A DNA stretch of 57,165 nt, filler included, from Jimgerdemannia flammicorona (Eukaryota), in NCBI GenBank assembly GCA_003990765.1. It is 2 parts of 2 records of this genome, joined end to end, with 100 filler letters (N's around TTAATTAATTAA, not from the genome) between each part and the next. Parts side by side here need not be neighbours in the genome. Positions count along the whole stretch, not along the records: positions 1 to 28,542 come from RBNJ01000554.1; 1 more part is not named here. One strand, written 5' to 3'. Under the pieces are notes generated by a model, which saw only the letters and a list, made by a program, of their open reading frames with translations, did no database searches and had not been told where the DNA came from. How positions within the stretch are numbered: position 1 is the first letter of the stretch; every line of letters starts with the position of its first letter. Shown in pieces: positions 11,540 to 23,531 of this stretch. Made by a program: the position numbers and the translations under genes.

Positions 11540-14140
11540 ATGTTGACAGATCAGTCTTCAACAGTTCACAGTACTGATGATGCTTTAAGTCAAACATCCC
11601 TGATAGTTCCATACCTTCCATGCAATCCTTGCTCTGAAATCTGGCAACATTGTGCTAAAATAAGAGATGATGTTGTTTGTAATTATTACAGGTAAAAAAT
11701 TAAGATGTACCTATTGACACTTTTTGTTTGTTTTGACACACACATGATATTGTTTCATCCACCCCCATGAACTGCACCAGCTAGAAGTTCAAAATGCTTG
11801 GGGGTATGACTTTGAACATAAATTGACACATAAAAGACAAGTACTCTGACAAAATCAAAAAGAACACAGAGATAAATAAAATCGACATCCAAGCTGTGGT
11901 GGGTACATTTATCCGATTGCCCAATCATTTCTGTACCAACAACACTGTTTAATCAAAAATATTTAGTCATACTCTTTGGCAGAATTTTGAAATCAGCTCA
12001 TTTGCTAGATTGTATGCACAAACCAGCCATTCACAACCATCGAGAGTGATCAATTGCATAGCATCTTTGGCCTCCTCAAGCATGATTTATATTTGCCAAG
12101 TGCTGATACTATTTGCAAAGATGTCCTGGAGGCCTATAGGAAGGAGCATGACAATCTCTGCCAGACACTTCAGGTAAAATAAGGGCAGCACTGTGACCTT
12201 TGCAAGCTGAATTATATAAAAGAGCTCACCAATTTAACCTCACATTCAATAAGCAGAATTCAGCAGGCAAAATTTCGTTTATGATCAACACATGGATATC
12301 CCCTAGTGCAATTTTGTTTCTGGGCATTACCAGTCATTAGATTGACCTCGATTGGCAGCTTAAATCTCTCACCCTTGACTTCATCAAACTTGCTGGCCCT
12401 CATTCTGGAGACAACATCGTAGATGTTTTTATTAGTTGTATCTGGGAGCTTGGGATCACCACTAAGGTAAAAAAGGGGGGCTTGCTATCAGGTCAGTATT
12501 TTGAGTGAGGTCCTAAACCAAACCAGATTTTATTGGTTATTTATTTTTGCATAAATTCGCTGACTGAATATTTCAAGTACAGATTTTGGCTATTATGATG
12601 GATAATGCCACAAATAACTCAACATTTTTCAAAGTTTTAGTGGCCAGCCTCAAACAGAAAAATGTGGCCTTTAGTGCAGAAAGCTACCATGTGCAATGCC
12701 AGGCCCACGTACTGAACCTCACTGTTCAGGACTATCTTATACACATAGATAAAACATCCAAGAGAGGAGGGGTCCTGAGTATAATTTCCAAGCTGTGCAA
12801 TCTGGTTGTATTGGTCTGATCATCCCCACAATGATGAGACAAATTCACTGCATAGTATAGAGCAATCAGTTTAGCCTTGAAAGAGCTTATATTGGACATC
12901 TGTATATATTGGAACTTAACATTTACAATGATCCAGCATGTGCTGGAGTTTGCTGTAGTATGTGTTCTTTTTTTCTTCGGTTGGCTGAAGCAACTTGTTT
13001 TGGATAATTGAAGATTTATTAAAAAAAAAAAAAAAAAAAAAAAAGCCAATAGATTCAACAGTAGCTGTCAATAAGGAAATACGGGCTGAGGCTATAGGTG
13101 AAAGTGAGTGAGACATACTTAGGAATGTTGTCAGAGTTTTGGAAGTAAGTGGTGATTGCTCTGGCTCTACACTCATTTTGTCAGCCTCCACACTTGTTTT
13201 GTCTGTCTCTGCACAATGCAACACCTCACCACATATAACTACCAGTGTTTTGATGATTGTATGAAGGATATAGTCAAACAACAACCCCGACAATAAGCTT
13301 GGCAATACCAGTATACAACCTTCTGATTGACCAGCTAGAGGATAAGCTTGAGGACAGGCTAGAGGGTTGCAGTGATTTATGGTTGAGCCCGGATCAGAGA
13401 GATGCCATAGAGGTTGCTCTTAGCAAGCTCAGAAAGTACTACTCCCAAACAGATACTGCCATATACTCAATCAGTACAGGTATGTCGATGTCAGTGTATA
13501 GCCATTGTCCCTTCCAAAACAGAGAAACCCCCATAAAAACTCACTCTCTCCTCTCCTTCGAACAGTGCTGGACCCATGCTTAAAGCTACAATACTATAAA
13601 GATCAGGACTGAGAGCAGCACTTCATTGAGAGAACCAAGCAGGCCATAATCAAAGTGTACTGGAAAAATGACATGCTGCTGCAAGGTTCCAGCCAAAGTC
13701 CAGATGAATATGCTGAGAGATCCCTCCTGTCCTACATTTACTTCAGCAGAAAGAGGAAGAGGGAGTCATCAGTCGAAGTGCTGCTGTCAATAGACAAACT
13801 TACCATTTACCTTACCAGTGACCACATGATCTTGCTGGAGGGTGCAGAGGTGCTCAACTGGTAGAAGGTGGGTTGTCAGGTGGGCATTGGGCCAATTTAA
13901 CCCACCAATCTAACTACTGCTCTATCCACTGCTCTACCCACTGGGACATGCAGCTGTGTCAAATGGACTTCCCCAGCCTGTGTGGTATGGCTCAGGACTA
14001 CCTGGTGATTTCTGCCTCTAGCGCTCCTATCGAGCAGATGTTCTTAGGTGGGGTGGACCTCATTACTCCAAAGAGGTGTGTGCTGAATACTGAGACAATC
14101 CGGGCACATATATCTGAAGTCTTGGTGGGACTCAGGCTGC
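11540..14140 (+). pseudogene. hAT transposase, multi-intron, decayed
   Basis: BED-like SEIWQH..VVCNY, FLGITSH, MDNATNN, HVQCQAHVLNL (CxxH), YWNLTF (RWNST-like), dimerization domain FPSLCGMAQDYLVISASSAPIEQMF. GT-AG introns at about 12174-12256, 12467-12582, 13480-13565 and 13868-13953. Confidence 0.9.
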
Positions 14141-14261
14141 TAAAATTTGGCAGGTCCTGGGGGTTTGTGGATAAGTTGGTTGACCTTGTGGATTATTTAA
14201 TACCTTTCAAAAATAATAAAAAGGTAAAAACCCTGAGGACTCGGCCTGGAGTTTACAGTCT

Positions 14262-14915
14262 AAGTGGGCAGCAGTTGGCAGGGTTGGCAGCAGCGGCAGA
14301 GGGAGCGTGCAATATTTGTGGCCCTCTACCAGTAGCAAGGGGCAGCCCCAAGCTGTCAGTGCCCAGGTCGGTGGGTGGGTCAGCAGAGGGAGCATGCAAA
14401 ATTTGCAGCCCTCTGCTAGCAGCAAGGGGCAGCCCCAAGCTACAAGTGTCCTGGTCAGAGAGGTTGGCAGAGGGAGCATGCAAAACTTATGGTCCTCTAC
14501 CAGCAGTGAGGGACAGCCCCAAGCTGTCAGCACCCAGATCAGTGGGTGGGATTGGTGGGCATGGGGTTGGTAGAGGGAGTATGCAAAATTTGCAGCCCTC
14601 TGCCAGTAGTAAGGGGCAGCTCCAAGCCGCAAGTGTCTGGGACAGGTGGGGCAGGTGGAGGGAGCATGTAAAATTTGCAGCTCTCTGCCAGCAGCAAGGG
14701 GTAGCCCCAAGCTGTCAGCACCCAGGTCAGTGAGTGGGGTTGGTTGGCAGGGTTGGTGGGCACAGGGTCAGCAAGGGAGCATGCAAAATTTGCAGCCCTC
14801 TGCTGGCAGCAAGGGGCAGCCCCAAGCTGCAAGTGTCTGGGATGGGTGGGGCAGGTGGAGGGAGTACACAAAATTTGCAGCCCTCCACCAGTGGCATAGG
14901 GGCAGCCCAAGCCAC
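14262..14915. repeat. GC-rich minisatellite inside the hAT
   Basis: About 7 units with core gagggagcatgcaaaatttgcagccctctgccagcagcaaggggcagccccaagctg and two alternating tail types. Confidence 0.9.
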
Positions 14916-15177
14916 CAAGGAGTCCGGGGCAGAGGGTGCTTCTGGCAGTCAGAGGGTGCTTCTGGTGGTCGGAGGGTGCTTCTGGCAGTTGGAGGGCATT
15001 TTTGGCAGTTGAAGTCCATCACAGATTTGGGCCCCATCACCAGTTTGGGTCCCATGGGCACCCTGGCCCTGTGCCACAGCACTGCACCGGTAGCACTGCA
15101 GAGCAGAGCCAAGGGGCTGGTAGGGCCCTGCATAACGGCTAAGCTAGTACTACAGATGAGGTAACCCCCAACATAAG

Positions 15178-15268
15178 ACTGCCTAACCTGCACAAAATGA
15201 CTGCCTAACCCTCATGAAAGACTGCCTATCTCTCACAAAAGATTGCCTAACCCTTACAAAAACTGCTC
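15178..15268. repeat. 4-5 tandem ~21-bp units actgcctaaccctcacaaaag
   Basis: Seen directly, at the 3' end of the minus-strand passenger gene. Confidence 0.8.
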
Positions 15269-17150
15269 CAACCACTAGTCCTAGGCCTTGATGAGCCTAT
15301 CATCTGTTGTGAGTGTGATGACTGTTGTGTCTGAGCTCTCCTTGAAGGTGACAGTACCATAGTGGTCATGTGGTTGGAAGAGGATGGCCATGTTGGCCGC
15401 AAACAGGACCCTGAAACCATAGGTGAGGTCATACCAGACTCTGCTGCTATCCTCTCAGGTTGGGCCCTTCCTTTCCAGGATGTAAAATATTACCAGGGTG
15501 ATATTGTTGTCTGTATATGTAGGCAGAGAAAGGTTGTGCCCGACATATCCTGATGTGATGCAAGCATACAGTTTGGTGAACCCTTGGCACAGGACCTCAT
15601 ACTACTAGGCTGTGCTGGTGGATGCCTGCTCTTGGTCCAGCGCTGGGAGCCCTGGCTTGGAAACCTGCCAAAACGGATGACAACCAGTCAGTCCTTTTTG
15701 CGTGCAGGGGGGCAGAAACCCCCCAGGCCACAGAAACCCCCTGGGCTGCAGAAACCCCCTGGGCTACAGCACCCCCAAAAAAGCAGAGCTCCTCACCTCA
15801 TACAGTATACTAAATTATACCAAGAATGTATGTACAGCCATACTGAGATCACCACTAAGCTGGCCTACTGCATACTCTACCAATCTGCTCAAAGAACCCC
15901 CAGATCATAGCCACCATCACCACACAGGTCATGTCATGCTTGTGCGCAGTTTGCTCTTTGACAGTATTTCTAAAGTTCTAGTAGGGGTATAGAATCTTGT
16001 ATATCCCTGGATTTGTATCCAAAAGAGTATGTCGGTGAAGAGTGTGATTTATCTGGGAAGGAGTAAAAAAAAAGGGAGACAAGTGTGGGGGATTTGAGAA
16101 CTCCAGAACCCACCCTTTGCCAGTGTTGCAGTATATCCAATTCCTGTCCAAACTCCCCCTCCTTGCTTTTTTCACCCCCTCTTTCCTACAACTCAGTATT
16201 TGATGCAATCCTTGCAAATCTCATTGATGTGGTGGTGAAGCTCATCACCATAGAGGTTCCTTACCACCATCACAACCACCTCTCTACATTTGTTAATAAA
16301 GATATGGTTCTTTTTGTCATTGGTTACTCCTACTGGCCAATGGACCTCTTGGTTAAGAACAATTGGCTCTGATTTGAATGTAGACCCCCAAGCCTTGATG
16401 ATGATACTGGTACTACTCATGCTGAACATCTTGCCCTCAAATTTCTCTATTTGATTAGATACTAGACATGGTTGAACTCAGGTAACTTTGAACTCTTCTT
16501 TCCAATGGAACTGAGCTCTGATCTGAGGGACCGAGATAAGTGTGTAGACAGGTTGCATGCAGATGGGTTGCATATGGATGGGTTGTGTGCAGGCGAGTTG
16601 TATGTGGGTTGGTTGCATGTAGGTGTGGGTGTTTTTTAGGGGAAGACCATGTAAAAAATAAAATTAAATAAAACATAGAGATGGGTATTTCAGAAAAAGA
16701 GTATGAGTGAGTGAGTGAGTGAGTGAGCTACATGCTGACAAGTTGCATGCTGATAAGTTGCACAAGTTGCACAAGATTGCTCATGAAGGCTTGCTTCTGT
16801 TCCTTTTGAGACCTCTACCACACGATACATTGACTTAACAGCTCAGCCACCAAAGGCATGCTCTGCAATGTCCTCCAACCTTTCTTCATCTTGACCAGAT
16901 GTTGTGAATAAAGTCAGCAGATCTCACCATAGAGCTGTGGACCCTAAGAAGAGAACAAGGTGAATTGGGTTGTGCTGGGGGAATTTAAACAAGTAAAAAG
17001 TAGTGGCAGAAAAGAGCAACCTACATTTACTACTGGCTGCTCCAAAAAGGCTGCCATGTATAGCTGTGAGGTCTGTGAATTCTGAGGTCTGAAGGGCTGC
17101 CGTAAGTTGTTGCTGGAATTCACCCTCATTTCTGCCATCATCATTGCATT
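15254..17150 (-). pseudogene. Multi-exon passenger gene, probable 2OG-Fe(II) dioxygenase (TET/JBP-like)
   Basis: Last exon 15664-15254 reads ...LPT[Y<H]TDNNITLVIFY...WYDLTYGFRVLFAANMAILFQPHDH[Y<H]GT. Upstream exons give VVMVVRNLYGDEL and TYSFGYK. Motif recognition by eye only. Confidence 0.5.
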
Positions 17151-17612
17151 GCCATCACCACTACCATCACCCCTTTGGCTCTTGATGAGCAGCTTATGTG
17201 CTACCCATATGAGAAAAAATCTAACATTGTCAGCAGAGAGTGTATTTCCACCTTGAATACTCCTTCTTTTGATGATTATTGCAGGGTGAAAAATGAGTTG
17301 ACTGGACCAACATATGAATTAAGGACTGCTGTTTTGTTTCCTCATGATGTGGTAGGAAAGAACAAAGAAAAATAACAAAGAAAAGAGAGAGAACAAAGGA
17401 AAGAGTGATGTCACCAAAGTGTGGTAGGAAAAAAAAAACAAGAATGAAATGAACAAAAGAAAGAGTGATGTCACTAAAGATTTCAATCCGGATGGATCAA
17501 TCTGGATCAATTTGGATCAGATCACGAGACCAATCCAAGTTGATTCGAATCCATTATATGATGAACCTGAATCAAATCTCATCCAGATCAACTCCATTCG
17601 TTCAGAGTACTA

Positions 17613-18422
17613 CTCAATAGTGATGAAGTAGAAGATTTCTGGCATCCCATCCTCCAGGACAACCTAGACCAATTCCTGCAAGGATTGATCTCAGTATTCC
17701 AAGGCCCAAGCATCTAGGTTAGACCTTCCCAAGACCCCACATTTCTCCTATTTTGTGGAAGAGAACCTCATAGACTAGAGAGCCCTAGACCTCTTTTCTG
17801 CTGCTGCTGAATGTGATGATATCATTGGTGATGATGTCATCTCATGTGACATTGAAGTATGTGAAATGTGCAATGATAATGAATTCACAGATCTCATCTC
17901 CTTCAGTGACAATGAGGATGAAGCCCCTATGGTCTTGAACATTCTGCTCTAAAGTTCTTTGGTTACACTGAGTTATGCCAGCATCAGCATTCTGATATAA
18001 TACTGAGTTATGTATACCAGTACTGGTATTCTGATATAATACTGAATTATTCTAGCACCATTTTCCTGTACCACCATTAGTGCTGACCCTGGAACTTAGT
18101 AGTTTTTCCTGTCCTGGCATTTCATTTTAGTTATTGGAATTTATATTTAGCTTTATATCTTAGCAACCATTGAATTATATTTTATATAAATACTCCTCTT
18201 ATTTCCTTTTAAATAAAGTCAGTTTCAGTTTACTTACACACAATCTCTTGCAAGCAATCTAAGAGATAACAAGACAGTTTAAAGATAAGAAGTTTGAGGA
18301 CTATAAGATCTTAGGAAGGCACTCTAATAAGAACTTACTTATAACAAACTTGAGTTAGTCTAAGAGATACACCTTGAGGAGAATCTGATATATTTGAAGA
18401 ACTCAGCAACCACTACATGATA
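17613..18422 (+). repeat. 3' LTR of element 2, right part
   Basis: Matches 3872-4678. Ends tgata (decayed TGACA), followed by atat. Confidence 0.93.
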
Positions 18423-21400
18423 ATATATATTTCTCAATAAGATTACTATTGATAATATTATCTCTAATAAAGTAGTCATCTAGAAAGAGTGGTTCTTAGA
18501 TTATATCTCTTGATTTATTTATATAGTAGTATGTTAGAATGAAGTAATCATCTTATAGGATGGTATTATCTATCTCATATACTGAATATAGTATTAGTGA
18601 GTAGAGAAGAGATATGTTATCTTCACTTTCTCAGATTTGCTATCAGTGTATCTTTAGTAGATTATAGTACTACAAATTATAAGATTATAGTAAACTAGAG
18701 ATTATTCTTTATATTGCTCATACTCAGAAGATAGAGTTATTAGTTCAATCTCAAGAGTTATTTAGTGATATAGCTTATATTCTCTTGTCTCTTCATTATA
18801 GTTGAAGTAGTTAGATATAAATATAGATTGATACTTATACTAGTAGTTATTATTCTAATAGGTCTTATAGATAGTTATAAACTATTATAAGTCTATTGAT
18901 TAAGTTAATAGAGTGATCAGAGTTGGCAGAGATTCTTGGCTAGAGGATTTCTTAGTGTTAGAGATATTGTTGTCTTCTATTTTATCATCATCAAACTATA
19001 TTATATTATAGATGTTCTTTATAGTATATAGTTGTTATTTAGTTTGTGATAATTCTCTATTTTGATATATTGTATACTAGGTACATATATCTTTAATCTT
19101 AATTGGTAAGAGTTTGTTTTTATGAGTCTTATATGTATTTTGTAACTTTGAGTTAACTTAGCTTTATGATCTTATATGTGATTTCTGGATTTATTCTGAG
19201 AATGATATATAATTTCAGTAGTTTAGAGATTGTATACTTATAACTCTCTTTTTTTGTTTTGTTTTTGATATCTTTGTTAAGTTCTTCTAACTTAATCTAG
19301 TATTATTATATTATTTAGATAGTCAAAAGACCTTTTTTTCAGAAAGTAGTATACTTATAGTATAGTTGCCTAACATATTAAATTCATATATTAAAGAGTT
19401 ATATATTCAATACTATATACCAGAAGTAATTATGATGTCATTCACTACTGGAGAATTTCCTCTAAGGAATCTGTTTAAATGTTTATACCTCACTTTCCAC
19501 CAGTGATATAGAGAGAATAGACTGACTTTCAGTTATGCTTTTTTTATTTTTATTTTTATTTTTTTTTTTAGAAAACTAGTATTCTTCTATCTTAATTTTG
19601 CTAAGAGTGTAGCAGAGTTTTTAATTTATTTGTAATAATTATAAGAGTGCTTAATAGTATTTAGGAGGAGTAATATATATAATATAGCAATGGTTAATAT
19701 AGGAGTACTTTAACTAGTTTTTCAAAGAATTATATTCTTGAACTAAGTTAGTAGTATTCTAGAGATTTGTTCTGAATTTCTATATAGCATTATGGATTGA
19801 TAACCTTTCTATTTGATAAGGTATTCTGGATAATTCTTGTAGCTATATTTGTTGAGAATTTGTTCAACTTTGTATTTATTATAATCATTATATAATAATG
19901 ACAGATGCTGGTGGTTTTATAGTCTAATTTGGAAATCATTCATTGTTATTTTCATTATATTACTTAAAATATTAAATATTGAAGACTGGGTGAATTTTGA
20001 TAGTATCTAATAGAGCTAGTTTATAGAATATTAGAGAAATCTGTATAATAACTTCAAATAGTCTGATGAACTTACTGTTTAATATTATAAAAGATCTGTA
20101 CTTGAGGTTATCAACTCAGTATCCTTAGATATCTAGTAGAACTTTTTTACTGACATTAAAAGATTCTTCTTGGTAGTACTAGTTAATATACTGAGATTGT
20201 TGGTTTTGGGCTTGAGATAGATTCTCAATTGTAATTTGGCTCAAGTTGTATATCAGAGTAGAAATTCTTCAATAGCTTCAATAATAGAGATTTTATTTAT
20301 AGTTCTGATAAGAGTCAGATAGGTGTTTAGATTTTGTCCTATATTAGTAAAGAATAAGATTATTCTAAGTGAAGCTTGTTTGCTATTATTATAGATAAAC
20401 TCAACTGCAGTAAGGTATTCATACTAATTATCTTATTTATATAAAATATAGTTTCTTAGTATCTAGGGTTCAGTTTATTCTTTCAGTTTGGCTATCAGTT
20501 TTAAGATAAAAGACTATAGAGGTACTAGTTTCATTCTAAGTTATGAGTGTAGAGCTTTTCAAAAATAACTAGTGAATTTTTGATCTTGTTCACTAATAAT
20601 TATCTTAGAAAGACTATAATAATAGAAGATGTTATTAAGTAGAAGAGTGGTAATTTCAGATACTATTGCAGTTATAGTAGTAAGTATGAAGTAGGCTTAT
20701 TTGCTAAGATAATCTATGAAGAAAATAATAGCATCCTTTCTGTTCTTGATTTAGGATAGTTATATAATGAAGTCTAGAGAAATTTTTTTTCAATTAGTAG
20801 ATAGTACTGAAATAGAATAGTAGTCTAGGTTATGTAAGATTGAGGACTTATTGCATTAGTAGATATTATAACAAAGTGTCCTTCATGTGAAATGTATATG
20901 AGATGTATTATGCTTAATTGAGTGTGCTGATATAAGCTGAGTCGATGGGTTTGGTGAATATGGAAGTATGTACTTCCCAGGCCTACTATTCATATAAAGC
21001 GAAGAGGCTGCACATTTATTGTTCCTTCTCCAAAAGAGAAGGGCAGGATGGATTGCATAAACTAATTGCAGGAACTAATTAAGTATACAGGTGTAGTCTA
21101 TATGCTTGATTGTTAAGATGTGATACATACTCAGTCACTTAGAGAGATATTACATATAATGCATACTGAAACATTGCTAAGCTATTTGCCACTGACATCT
21201 TGCCAGGGAACTGAGACTAGGCTAACATTGTATAAGAAACTGCACAATGGGAACTGAGACTGAGCTAAGATTGCATAAGAAATGGTGTGGCAGGAAACTG
21301 ACACTAAGCTAAGATTGTATGAAAGACCTAAAAGATTGCATGATAGTGGTTTTTCTATGGCTTTGGCCACTTTGCCGAAGTTTGAGCTATGTTCATAACT

Positions 21401-23203
21401 CTAAGAAGTGATATAGGTTTTCAACTAGTTTGCCATATAGAGTCAATAGAAGTTTTGAGAGATAACTTTATAATATTTATTAAATCCTAAATGTCTAGCT
21501 GTTGGAGCATTATAATATTTAAACAGAATAGTTCTTTGAAGATCATAATTGTTAGAGATATACAATCTGTCCTTATAATAGATAGTTTTATTCTTTAATT
21601 AGTATTGATGATACTGAGAATATTTACTGATATCCTAATTACTCAGGATTTTCTGAAGTGCTTGAGCTTCTTTATTATCAGTATATACTGTAATAATTTG
21701 TTCTATAATGGAATTGATAACTAAGGTGAGAGTTTATATAACTTCTTTAATTGATGATCTAGAGATAGTATCAGTAATACTATTTTTTTTACCATAATAG
21801 TATTGGATTTTATAGTTGAAATTGGTGAGAACTTTCATCTATCTAGCTTACTTTCAGGAAAGAGTAGTCTGGGTCTTGATATTGATCAATTTTTTATAGT
21901 CTATTAATACAGTAAAGTATGCTTCTTTGAGATATATATAGATACTATTTAATCAGGGTGTCTACAATAGCTAGTATTTTTTTCTCATAGGTGGCATAAT
22001 TGATCTTGATACATATTATTAAACTTATAAGAGTAATAGGCCACAGAATATCTCTTATATAAATACTACTCTAAGAGCTAGGTCAGAGATATCAGCAGTA
22101 ACTTCATATAGCAGAGCAAGATTTTTAGCTTAAAGTACTGGAGTAGTTATCAGGATATCTTTTAAGACTTAAAAGGCTGTATTTTATTCCAGTCTCTATT
22201 TAATAAAGTTGTTAAAATCTTTTTCTTACTTTGTTATCAAGAGTTGTTCTTCTTTTTTACTATACTTAGTCAGTTAGGGGAAAATAGTAGCAATCTTAGC
22301 AAAGTTTACAGTAATAATTTGCTAATTCTAGGAATAACTGAAGGTCTTTAAGCTTCTTAGGTCGGGCCCATTTCTTGATTATAAAGATTTTGCTAGAATC
22401 TAATATAATTTTATTAAGAGAGGCAATATGTCTAAAGAATTAAATTTCCTTTAGAAGAAATTCACATTTACTAAGTTTTGCATAAAGTTGATTTTTCTAA
22501 AGCTTCAGGAGTACTAGTTCAAAATATTCAAGATATTCCTCTAGGGTTTTACTGAAGACTAGAATATTATCAATATAGATAATAATAAATTTATCTAGAT
22601 AAGAGTACAGGATAGTATTTATCAGAGTCTGGAAGGTTGTGAGAGTATTAGTTAAACTAAAGAGCATAACTAAGAACTCAAAATGTTTATAATAAGTTCT
22701 GAAGGCAGTTTTGTAGATATCTTCTTTCTTTATAGCAATTTGCCAATAATTATTTCATAGGTCAAAAGAGCTCATGAATTGTAGATTGATAAGTCTGTTA
22801 AAGATTTTATCAATTTGAGATAATGAACAATAGTTCTTGATAGTCTATTCATTGAGATCTTAATAATTAATATATATTTGAAGGTCTCTTCCTTTCTTGA
22901 TGATAAAGAGAACTAATACACTAAATAGTAATATACTAGATCTAATGAATTCTTATTCTAGGAGTTCATTTATCTCTTTCTTGAGTATGTTAATTTCTCT
23001 AGAAAATATATAGTAGATTGACTTGAAGGTTGGTTTGACACCTGATATGGTCTTGATTATATAGTCAACTACTCATTTAGATAGTAGCTCTTTGAGATAT
23101 TCTTGAAAATATATCTCAAAATTTTTAAAGTAGAGATCTTACATGACTATTAACTTTGGAAAAATCTTCTTTAAGATTCTCTAGTTCTCCTTTGAATAGA
23201 TAT
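18423..23203 (-). mobile_element. Heavily decayed Ty3/gypsy element 4 (RT-RH-IN remnants, PPT, proximal 3' LTR 18423-19242)
   Basis: Minus frames give DIYKTAFRT, YIDNILVFS (RT, ~22560-22720) and IISEQDQKF (IN, ~20580-20610). A purine tract at 19243-19260 abuts the LTR start, which is homologous to 2452. Confidence 0.75.
20867..21397. mobile_element. Probable solo LTR or small insertion within the integrase remnant
   Basis: Less decayed ~530-bp block with decayed TG..CA-like ends and three ggaactgagactaggctaa-like repeats. No clean TSD. Confidence 0.45.
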
Positions 23204-23414
23204 TGTGGCATGCAGTTAGTATAATGAACTTCAACTGCATGGCTCAATGTGTGCCACTAGTGAAGCGCGCGATGGATAACTGAAGGCATTGGTGACATTT
23301 GCGGGTTGATGGTCATGTGACAGGTCGTTCGATTCATACGGTAATTGATAATAGTGGGAGCTCCATTGTTCAACGATGGCTCAATTGTTTGATGATGAGG
23401 TCATTCGGTTGTTC

Positions 23415-23531
23415 AAAACTTGCTCATATAGGGCTATCCACTCAGGAAGATAGTGTCATCCTTGTGCAGGGGCCATGCTAATCTTCTCTGTATCATTCCA
23501 ATTTTTTCAAGTATCAGCAGTCCTGAAGGAC
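23415..23531 (-). ncRNA. U6: U6 snRNA-like gene or pseudogene with a divergent 3' end
   Basis: Minus strand: GTCCTTCAGGAC (5' stem-loop) ...AAAATTGGAATGATACAGAGAAGATTAGCATGGCCCCTGCACAAGGATGACAC..., i.e. ACAGAGA box, AGC triad and ISL of U6. Ends at TTTT. Confidence 0.9.

Larger units (their letters stand above)
11087..17612 (+). mobile_element. hAT DNA transposon (6.5 kb) with a passenger gene
   Basis: TIRs tagtgctctgaatga / (rc) tagtactctgaacga. Exact 8-bp TSD ctcaatag at 11079-11086 and 17613-17620. The empty site is present in the 5' LTR. Confidence 0.95.
3165..18422 (+). mobile_element. Full-length Ty3/gypsy LTR retrotransposon (element 2) with dUTPase; inactivated
   Basis: 5' LTR 3165-4678 (TGTAAC...TGACA). 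3' LTR 10372-11086 + 17613-18422. 4-bp TSD atat at 3161-3164 and 18423-18426. PPT caggaggaaaa at 10361-10371. Domain order gag-PR-dUT-RT-RH-IN. Confidence 0.93.

Noticed and set aside
13873..14733. 286-aa ORF as a real protein
   Set aside because: It is a chance read-through of an intron, the hAT dimerization exon and the minisatellite.
14262..14915. Repeat-spacer appearance suggesting a CRISPR array
   Set aside because: The units are long and degenerate, the 'spacers' are themselves repeated, there are no cas genes, and the context is eukaryotic.
19443..19505. cactactgga...tccaccagtg as a tiny CACTA element
   Set aside because: The TIR match is poor and there is no convincing 3-bp TSD.
23323..23340. 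gttcgattc as a downstream B-box for the U6-like gene
   Set aside because: It is a short, imperfect match in the inverted orientation and cannot be separated from chance.
23458..23475. Plus-strand atccttgtgcagggg resembling the 5' end of U4 snRNA
   Set aside because: It is just the complement of the U4-pairing region of U6; there is no U4 body or Sm site.
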